Assembly: GCF_018350175.1 (NCBI RefSeq)
Contig: NC_058368.1
Coordinates: forward strand, 101,310,001 to 101,374,000
Direction of reading: 5' to 3'
Source: Felis catus
Lineage: Eukaryota
DNA: 64,000 nt
Below the pieces are notes generated by a model. That model made no database searches. It was not told the DNA's origin and worked only from the letters and a program-made list of their open reading frames with translations. The translations under genes were made by a program, and so were the position numbers. This document shows positions 54,236-64,000 of this stretch, piece after piece (within the stretch, counting starts at the first letter, position 1; each line of letters begins with the position of its first letter).

Positions 54236-54677
54236 TTTTTTTTTTAAGAGGGGTTAAAAATGTCCAACTGGATTCAAGTTCACTGATAGAGAAATTCAAA
54301 AGGCCCAAGAATCAAATGGAGAAACAAAAAGATTTTCCAGGTATGTAAGCAGCAGAATCAACAAGGCTTGGCAGTTAAGTGCACGTGGGGGTAGGAAGAG
54401 GAACCAGAGACAGCGTGGCAATGGACAGGCTGCAGCAAGCCAGTGAGTTCAGAAGCAGAACAAACTGGTTAATACCTGCTTCAACCCCTCAAAAACTTAT
54501 TTTACCACACCCTTTCTTGTCGCCAGCTTTTCTACATATTATTCACCCTTTCTGCCTCTTAAATAGCGTTTCTACTTCCTAAGACTGACTCTTCTTTGGT
54601 CCACTCATCCCCTCCTCTCTCAAAGCTCAATTTCTTCTTGCTATTAATTGCTGCTTATCCTCAATCTAAAAATATTC

Positions 54678-54815
54678 AGGGGCACCTGGGAGGCTCAGGT
54701 GAGAGTCCCAACTCTTTGACTAGAGGTCGTGATCCCAGGGTGGTGGGATCAAGCCCCACATGGGGCTCGGCCTTGGGCCTGCTCCCTCTGCCCCTCTCTG
54801 GCTCACTCAAAAAAT
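54678..54815 (+). mobile_element. Older Can-SINE
   Basis: Diverged head ggggcacctgggaggctcag. Confidence 0.8.
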
Positions 54816-55289
54816 ATCTCTGTATATGTATATGTATATGTTCGTAGATTTTCCACCTACCATATAAGGTTTTAATAACATGAAGCCCCCTGGTTACATA
54901 TTTTCCTGGTTTTTTTTCAATGCCAAACTTTTTTAACCCTCTGCAGTTTTGCTTCTTCAAAATCTCTTACCTGCAAAACTTAAGGCCCTTCTTCAACCGT
55001 TCTTGACTTGGCTGTCGTAAGAGATGACTTCTATTTCCTTATTCTCCAAATCCCTCCTCTTAGCACTGCACTAGACTGTCTTTACTATGTCTCTGGATCT
55101 TTTTAGCCTCCTTCTCTGACTCTTGCTTTTTGTACCTGAGGCCGTAGTTCCCACCAACTTGTCTGGGTGTCCTTCCTAAAGACACCTTAGACCATTTCAT
55201 CTAAATCCAAGGCGGTTAGTTTATTCCAGTGATTCCAAATCTTTATCTCTACCCCCTTTTCTCTCTTCCTACTATACTTGCCTATTTGT

Positions 55290-55473
55290 TAAAAAACTGT
55301 TGATTTAATTTTGAGAGAGAGAGGGAAAGAGAGAGTCCGGGAGAGAATCCCAAGAAGCTCCGAGCTGTCAGCACAGAGCCTGACGCAGGGCTCAAGCTAA
55401 TGAACTGTGGGATCATGACCTGAGGTGAAATCAAAAGTCAGACACTTAACCGACTGAAGCAGCCAGGCGTCCC
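55290..55473 (-). mobile_element. Older Can-SINE
   Basis: Reverse SINE; degenerate TSD atactt(g/a)cc(t/c)attt. Confidence 0.85.
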
Positions 55474-56764
55474 ATACTTACCCATTTTCAACCCCTCAGT
55501 GAACTGCTCCGCTTCAACTTTTTCTGCTAGAGTCTCAAATGGAACCTGCCTAGAACCATAATTCTCTACAACTTTCAACCTCCTCAAAAAGTTCTTCCTG
55601 AAAATTCTTCACTCCTATTAACATCCATTAAGCCAAGAGTCATCTCTGACTTTTCTTACCAGATGAAATACAAATTCTTTAACTTAGCATCTAAGGTCTT
55701 CCCCACATATGGCCACAAATTATCTTAATTTCTAGCATTCTCTTATCAGCCCTGTTATTTTCCAACAACTACCACAATAGTTAAACTCCCAAGTTCTAGT
55801 CAAGCTATTACCCGAATATGCAATAGGCTTTCTAACCCCTCTAGTTCTCTTGAATACTTCTTGGAATACTCTCCCACACACATTCACTTATTAATGCGCC
55901 CTTTAGATTCTATATCTAGTCTTCCTTCTTAGTTTACCTCATGTGTTGATTTCAGAAGTAGCTTTGTCTCCGCTTTGAGTTCACGGCATTTAGTAACAGA
56001 GAGTTAGATTGTATGGTAAGCTATTACCTGCCTTTCACTTTAATCATCTGGGTAAGTTCCCTGCCTCTTTGTAGGACTCGTCATTTATTTGACTCTCTCT
56101 TGAACGTTTTTAAATCATTCAGCATAGCATTTAGCACAGCGCCCAGGAGCATGCATCTTCGCTGGATAATGAAAAACCAGTTCTGTCATTTAGCATCCTG
56201 CCAGGAAACTGGTTAAATGGGTAACAGGAAAGCACAAATGCTAGAGAGGATAGGATGAGGCAACCAGTGATAAGCAGGAGCAGCCAGGCCCTACGTCTCC
56301 AGGGTAGGAGGGACTACAAAAGCAAGTACCATGGGTAACAGTTCTTCCTACTAGGAACGCAGAAACACGGATTGTTCATGCAGTAGGGACAGCCCAAGGC
56401 AAGCTGGAGAGAAGGTGTCTAGCCAGAGAGGAAACCATAAAAAGGTGCACCTACTAAGAGAGAAGGGAAGCACACAAAGAGAAGAACGAACTACCCTGGC
56501 AACTTCCTGACACCCCCTACCGATCTTCTGATAGTGCCCCCTAGTGGCCACATCTGCAGCGGAAAAGAGGCAAGGAAGCCTTCCATAGAATGTTCAGTGG
56601 ACAATGACAGGCCATGGCTGACACCATGAAATCCTGTAACTTCTGAAAATTATTCTCTTATTACCTGTGTCATTTCTTGGGTAGGCTGTATCTTTTTAAT
56701 AATACCTAAAAAATACTAAACGATAAAATGCAACAGCACATACTGTCAAACTTAACATTACACA

Positions 56765-57223
56765 TTTTGGACAGTACACAGTTTTTAATGCCTAGAAGCA
56801 GAACATTCTTCCCGTTTGCAGAGGATCACTATGTAACTAGAGGCAGGACCTGGCCTCCAACCGCAAGAAACAAAATAGGATGGATATCCCTTCTCTGGGC
56901 TCAGAGGAGAGCGTAGTCTTGTGATTGATACGAATGCTCCTACCTGGGGCACTGAATCTACAGGGTAGTAAGTAATATGCAGTCAGCATTCATGATGGCA
57001 AGACTGGCTGTTGAATACGGAAATCAGGTGATAAGGCAGTGAAAGCACCAACAATAGTAAGAGGAGACAGTTTTGGGACAGGATAGGCCATGCTGTGCTT
57101 CCCCCTGTTCTTGTACATATTTTGGAAGTTGTTCTTTAGCCTTCTTGAGAGTTCTGTGGATTCCTTTATTTCTAGAGTTAGTCACTTCTGTTTTGTGCAA
57201 CCAACAACTCTAGTTAGTATATG
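56765..57223 (+). mobile_element. Ancient ERVL LTR (LTR33-like)
   Basis: Ends tagagttagtcacttctgttttgtgcaaccaacaactctagttagtata, similar to recalled LTR33-type 3' ends. Confidence 0.4.
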
Positions 57224-57312
57224 CTGTAACTGATAGAAGTCAAGAAATTCAAGTACTTACAATGACACTTACAGTGTCTCAAATGCTGTTCTTATTTGAT
57301 ATCAGAATACTA

Positions 57313-57594
<282 letters not shown>

Positions 57595-58747
57595 TCAATG
57601 CTACAGAATTCAACATTTTTTTTCTTATTGTAAAGCTTATTTATAGTAGAAAATTTAGAAAATCCATAAAGCATAATGAGGAAAATTAAGATTTCTAGTA
57701 ATCTTAAAAATTTAGTGAGTCAACTAATTAACATATACAAAAACTTTTATTTACGAGTGGGAAATGTGTTAGAAAACCAGGATCATGAGAACATTTTTGC
57801 TCAATTTTAGATGGCAAATGAAAGTCACTTTATAAAAATACTTATACTATACCCTTAAGATGTCACGTGTACGAGAATACTATGCACATTAGATATACCA
57901 GCTAATGACGATAAAAATAAAAAACTTAATTTTAGCGCGGTATTTATTGTTCTTATAATTTAAAACTGTGAAAGTTTCATAACTCAAACACTATTACAAC
58001 TTAAAGTCATTTCAAGGTGATTTAACTCAACCCCTTCATTTCTGTGGATAAGACATTTGAGGGTTTCAGAAGCTCAGCTCGGCAGTGCCCAGGATCTAGT
58101 CAGCGGCAGAGACATGAACAGCTCTCAGATCTATTCATCCCCTAGAATAATGCTCTGATGAAAGCAGGCAATACTTTTTAAAATTAAACAAAACAGAGAC
58201 TTGCCTGGACTCAACACTCTATATATAATTTCCCTTAGAACACTTTCAAAACTACCAAAACAAAACAAAAAACCAAACAGAATATAAGAATGTTCTTTTC
58301 AAATCTGGGATTTTTTTTTTTTTTAATCAAATGCAAACAAGGACTGTTAAAGATGCCTTCCATAACCCTCTAGCAAGTATTAGATAAACCCATTTATCTA
58401 CTTACTAAGACATAAGACTTAACTAAATTTGAAATGCTGAGAAAATTGGTGGCAAAAATGGAATTTAAATTATCAATAATCAATTCTTGTTTCATGCCAG
58501 TAAGCACAAATAATTCTAATTAGGGTTTAGTTTATCTAGCATCTTTAGGTAATGAGGTACTCTTTTACCTGCAAAGTCTTCCTATGGCTGAAGTTTACTT
58601 CTTTGAATATCCAAACTTTGACTTTTCAATTTGGAAAAAAAAAACCTTCTCAAGCATCTCTCTCTCTCATTTATTTCTGTTTTAAACAAAAGCTAACAGA
58701 CTTAAAATTTGGTATTTTCTCTACCATTCAGAAACATTACCATAAAT

Positions 58748-58953
58748 TTTTATTTTATTATTATTATTGAGACAGAGAGAGACATAGTGTGAGCGGGGGA
58801 GGACAGAGTGAGAGGAAGACAAAGAATCCAAAGCAGGCTCAAGGCTCTGAGCTGGCAACACAGAGCCCGAGGCAGGGCTTGAACCCATGAACCATGAGAT
58901 CATGACTTGAGCCGAAGTTGGATGCTTAACCGACTGAGCCACCCAAGTGTCCC
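58748..58953 (-). mobile_element. Can-SINE
   Basis: TSD aga(a/g)acatta(c/t)cataaa. Confidence 0.9.
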
Positions 58954-59827
58954 AGAGACATTATCATAAACAATTACTGTGCCTAAAATCAGGTTGTGCA
59001 GAAGTAAGCTATGCGGCACACTAGGCTTTTTCTTTTGCTAAATGTCCATAAGTGACACGGATTGTTTGAGTTCTGGGAACTGCTTTTATATTTTGAAATA
59101 TACACACTTATCTTCATCACCTTTCACTGAAAGAATGATCAAAGAGACAGTCAGTCTGGGACATACTTAGAAAGGGGACCCTCTCTGAAGCCATGGGCAG
59201 CAATACGATTGTTTAGTACAAAGTAAGTCCTGGGCCTGGAGGAAGTCCAATACTGGAGGGCTAGGAAAAGGAAAAGGAGCCTGAGAGGTGGCCAGAAAGT
59301 AGAGGAAGACCAGGAGAGTGGGGTTAAAGAAGGGGAAAGAAGAGAATACACAACAAAAGTCCAACAGTGTTGGAGCTGTCTGATTAAGAGGGGGAGTCAA
59401 AGTGATGAGCCACTGGTGGCTTCGCTGACAAGGGGCTGGAGCCAAGGGGATGGGGTGTGGGGTGGGAAGGGCCGAAAGGTGAGAGTAAGGTGAGGAGCGC
59501 AGAGGCACTCACGAACCGGCGTTCTTAACTGAATTTGGTCCAGTGACACATGCACAAGATGTTGGCCAAAAGGCGATTTATCAGAAAGAAAGATGTTGAG
59601 TTACCTGAAATATAGTTCAGTCTTGTGCAAATAGTGACAAGGGAAGGAAAATTATTCCAAGGTAGTCTTTAGCTTTGATTTAGGAAAACAGGAGCCAGCT
59701 TAAAGTATATCGGCATCTTGGTGCAATCAACATCATCAATAGTTCAAACCACTGTGAATTTCTCTAACTTTTCAGTGAACTCTTCCTACAAAACAAACTC
59801 TAAGTGATGACAACTATTTGATCCCAC

Positions 59828-59989
59828 CTGCTGCTGCAGTCGATGTTTGTCCTCTTCTAGCTGCTTGATCTTTAACCTTTCTAGTTCTACTTGGTGAACA
59901 CAATCTTCTCTGGCCCTGCGGATGGAGTCCTGAAGTTCTTGCAGGTTCCGGTCACGTTCTGATTTCAGTTCCTTCCTTTCTCTTTGAAC
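59828..59989 (-). CDS. CEP120: CEP120 coding exon, [54 protein letters not shown]
   Basis: 162 nt, phase 0/0; acceptor tttttag, donor gtggga; coiled-coil peptide recognisable as CEP120. Confidence 0.96.
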
Positions 59990-60159
59990 CTAAAAACAAG
60001 TGCGTCTTTATGAAGCTGGCTTAAAGGCTCAGCTACAGTATGCTGTTCAATATTCTATTATCCTTCTACACAATGTTTACAATATTTGCAATTTTATTTT
60101 CATATCCTTTTCCATTGTCCAAGTTCATGTTGAAGCACAATTGAAATTATACATTAAAA

Positions 60160-60290
60160 AAATTTTTTTTAATGTATTTATTTACTCTTGAGAGTGCACG
60201 AGTGTGTGAGTAGGGGAGGGGCAGATAGAGAGGGAAAGAGAGAACCCCAAGTGGGCTCTGTGCTGATAGCACACAGGGCTTCAACCCACA
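60160..60290 (-). mobile_element. Partial Can-SINE
   Basis: T-rich tail and reverse SINE body, head missing. Confidence 0.75.
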
Positions 60291-61161
60291 TTGCTAATCC
60301 ATCATCATTTAATTCTAAAATACAAAGTGTATCCAAAACTCCATATATGACTTATATAAATTCAATTGAAAAGGCCCTAATCACTTAAAATTCCTTTTTG
60401 AGTAAAACCCACTGTATTTCCTAAGCAAATATACCCAAGCTCCTTTTCTTCTTTAGGAATTTCTTCTATTCTGCCTAATCACATAGAAAGTAACAGAGCC
60501 TTCATATTGGAAACAAATACATTTAAGGTGAAACATCAATTGAGAAATTCCAGAAAATGTAGGAGGATCAGGTCAGAGTGAAATGCTGAGAAAAATTTTA
60601 AGAAACACATATGGTTAGGACAGGAGCATACAAATTTAATGTGGAAGAAATTCTAATAATTTGAAATGATTTATGTAGCAATTGAAATAAATATTTAGGC
60701 TAAAATTTATCAAGACCTAACAAAACTGCTAACTAGGCATGCTATTAACAGAAGTTTTCATCCATCCTTGGGCTCTAACCTTTAATCGACAACCAGGTGG
60801 GATATTCCCTTGTTACTGAGAATGACATCCGAATTCTAGGCCCCTCAGCCTGTGCTACGTTTTCTCTATGCTCTGGGCAGTGTGACTATCCAGTCCCTCC
60901 ACATCCCGGGGAAGAAGCGTACTTCCGCAGAGTGCAGCAGTCAGCCAAAGCTGGCTGGCCGGCTATTAACCATTTCAAATAACAAACACTTTGCTATGTA
61001 TTCCTCACATTCTGACATGTCAAAGATGCTTTCCTCTGCTGAACAGCAGTTTTCTCCACCATGCCTACAAGACAATTTCCATGAAAGGCTTTTTATGAAA
61101 TATATTTTATAATAGCATGTACCTCACGCATGGATTCCAGGAAATAAAGACATACAGTTAC

Positions 61162-61254
61162 CTCTGACTCTGCAATGATCAGCTGCTGCTCTCGTTTCTC
61201 TAAGTCAATTAGGGTTTTTTGAAGTTTTCCTTCTAGGACAGTATATTCAGCCAC
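61162..61254 (-). CDS. CEP120: CEP120 coding exon (6th from last), [31 protein letters not shown]
   Basis: 93 nt, phase 0/0; acceptor ttttag (ct at 61255-61256), donor gtaact (ac at 61160-61161); peptide matches the recalled CEP120 C-terminal coiled coil. Confidence 0.95.
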
Positions 61255-62875
61255 CTAAAATATAATAAAAGACACATTATCTTTTCCCCAACTTTCAAAA
61301 CACAAGCAAATCCAACAATGCATACATTACAACTTACTGAAACACAAGTTCTGGGAATAGGAAACTCATGAATTATATCCACCAAGTGAGAGCAGAAATT
61401 CCTTCTAGTACTGTAAGTGAGGGCATCCCTCTAGCTTCTGCTTGGGTATCTCAAGTGACGTTCAATTTCCAGAGGAAGGTCATTCTCCCACTGGGCAGTC
61501 AGGCTGCTAGTAAAATCTTGTGTGTAGTCAAAACCTAGCTCTTTAAAATCTGCCTTCGTCAGTACTCCAGTATTCCTATGACGCCCCCTTCAGCACATAC
61601 ACTCCTTCCCTGCAACGAATCCTGATGCTAGTTCGGCTAGCTGGTCAGTTTCAAGTCAATTCTCCTATGGGTTCAGGTCCGATCCTTTCCTACAGTTCCA
61701 GTAACTGAGTTCCTAATTGCTTCTGATGCACCACTCCCTGCTTGGGCCCCAAGCCTAGTACCTTAACCTCCAGGGGCCTCTAGTTCTGCCCTGCTCTGCG
61801 GTGAGATTCCCGTTCAGAGAAAAGACGCCTGCCAGTTCAGCCTACACAGGATGGAGGAGTCTTTACGGTTTTCTGTCTTTCATTTCTAACTGATCACTTT
61901 TACTCCGACTTCCTGAACCAATTTCTTTGTTCTCACCAACTGGTTCCCAGGTTTCAGGTCCATCCTAACATTCTCTTTCCCACAGTTAATAAGATCTTGC
62001 TTTAATCCTCCTTCATCTTATTTCTACCCCTTAGACAGAAGGAAAAAAAATCTATCTTCACATATTTGGTCTGGCAATAGCCATCACACATCCTCTCACT
62101 TCTTCTTCTCCAAGAGAAACACAAGTTTCAGCTATTACTCACATATTAATTACAATTTCCACATCGTCTAACATCTTGGATCTAATCTACAGTCTAGATT
62201 CTAGATTAAGTCTTTTTAAAAAATGTGGTATCCAGATGTGATCTCCCTACTTCATAGGCCAAAGAATGTCCACTGCCCAAGATGAAGACAACATGTCTAT
62301 TACATTAGTCCAAACCTGCACTTGCTATTTCAGGATCCTAATCACAGTTTGCTCTGTCAAAGAAAATCCCCAAGGCTTTTGTTTTTAAACCTGGGATAAC
62401 TATAACAACATACCTATTGTCCGAAAGATTGTTTCAACTACAGAAGTTGACATTTGTCCTTGTTAAACTTTAGTTCAATGACTTAGGCCTGGCATGCTAG
62501 GCAGTCATGAGCCATTACCTATTCATTCTGTTCAATCTACCACCCACTTTTGGTTTATCTCAAAAAAATGCTAAGTGTGCCCTACCGCCTTAAAAAGTCT
62601 TAGAGAGGTAAGTCAACAGGATGGTGGGTCAGTATTCAACTGTTCTTCCTCTGGCAACCGAAATGCATGGGTTCCCAGAGCTCTGTCTCAGGAGGTCTCC
62701 TCTCCTACTACCTGACCTCAGGGGATGATCTTAACTACCTACCATCACATATCCTAAGCACTTCCAAAACCAGATTGCAAAGTCAAAACCCCCTCCAGAG
62801 ATTACATCTGTATCTCTGTCTCCAGTATTCCCTATGTATCTCAAACTCAAAAGTGAGTAAAAACCTGAGATCATA

Positions 62876-63821
62876 ATCATTTCAATAACAAATACCTATC
62901 GAATACCTAGGAGATGTGGGTAAAACAAAGTCTTGTGAACCTATATTCTGAGGGAAGACAAACTATGAAAATAGAAGTGGATGTTTAACGTAATTCTAAG
63001 TAAATACTAGGATGAAAACAAGCAGAACGAGCATATAATTAGCTCCTGGGGGCAGAAGAAGGCCTATTTAAGACAGAATGATCAGAGAAGGCCTCACTCA
63101 GGCTATTTTGAACAGAGACCAGACAGTGCCTCTAACAAAAGAGTCTTCTATAGATCCTGAGGGGGACTTAGGGAGCATGTCTGAGGAACCACAGAGAGGC
63201 CAGGTTGGTGAGAACAGACTATGTGAATAGAAGGCTGACAGAAATGAGGTCACAAAGGAAGCTAGTAGATAGATCACATAAGGCCGTGTAGGACCTGGTA
63301 AGAAACAAGAGTTTTATTCTATGTGTAATGAGTAGGAGAGGTTTTAAGCAGAAGAGTACATAATCTGACTTTTGGTTTAAAAGTCTCAACCTTGGTGGAT
63401 ATGGATTTAACAAGCTACCGGGGTCAGGAAAGAGGACAGAATTCTGAGTTAAGAAGTAACTGTAGTAATCTAGGAAAGAGATCAGGAATATTTAAACTAA
63501 GGTAAGTAGTGAAGAAGGTGGCTGAAAGTGGTTCGTTTCCAGAATCTGTACTTAATACAGAGTCAAGAGAATTTGCTGACAAACTAGATGTGGAACGAAA
63601 CAGAGTCAAGGGTAACTTGCCTTGTAGCCTGAGGAGCTCAGTAAAAGGTATTGCCATTTATTAAGATGGGGATCAACAGGAACAAATTTATACAGGAGGG
63701 AGACAAAGAGCCTGTCTCTAGACATGCTCCCTTTGATTTGCTTAGCAGAGAATCAGTTGGCAGTGTAGTACAGGCACCCGAACAGCCAAATGTAGAGTCC
63801 AGTGAAGAGGTTGGAGATACA

Positions 63822-63871
<50 letters not shown>

Positions 63872-64000
63872 GCATAACTGTGTTTAACTTGTATATGATG
63901 CTAAGAAAGTGGATGATAATACTTGAAGAAGTGTAAAAACAGAAAAGAGGTTCAAGGACTGGGCTTTGGGGCAAGCCAATAAAGCCAGCAGAGGCTGAGG
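62876..64000 (-). mobile_element. LINE-2 remnant containing (AC)23 at 63823-63868
   Basis: Reverse L2 3' end (tcatttcaataacaaatacctatcgaatacct); gatcagagaaggcctcact; ggttttaagcagaagag; agagtcaagagaatttgctga. Confidence 0.8.

Noticed and set aside
61370..62620. Possible second CR1/L3 remnant
   Set aside because: Resemblance is too degenerate to place boundaries without an alignment
61257..64000. Further upstream CEP120 exons
   Set aside because: No CEP120-like peptide with splice sites was found; the region is intronic with L2-like sequence, so the gene continues beyond the window

Overview
Mammalian, felid-type genomic DNA (cat-like; abundant tRNA-derived Can-SINEs of the SINEC_Fc type and carnivore LINE-1). 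The right half holds the 3' end of CEP120 on the minus strand: six coding exons (61162-61254, 59828-59989, 57403-57525, 50374-50472, 34332-34477, 29867-30101) with GT-AG boundaries and consistent phases, then a 3' UTR with several AATAAA signals. The left ~27 kb is intergenic and dominated by decayed and nested L1s, SINEs, LTRs and microsatellites. I see no prokaryotic-type, CRISPR or novel protein-coding system. The most notable observations are: two L1 copies with intact termini but large internal 5' deletions (candidate spliced-RNA retrotransposition products), multi-level retroelement nesting with readable TSDs, a rare GAG splice acceptor in CEP120, a young antisense SINE ~100 nt from the terminal exon acceptor, and microsatellite birth visible by comparing paralogous L1s. 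Repeat subfamily names come from recalled consensus sequences and repeat boundaries are approximate.
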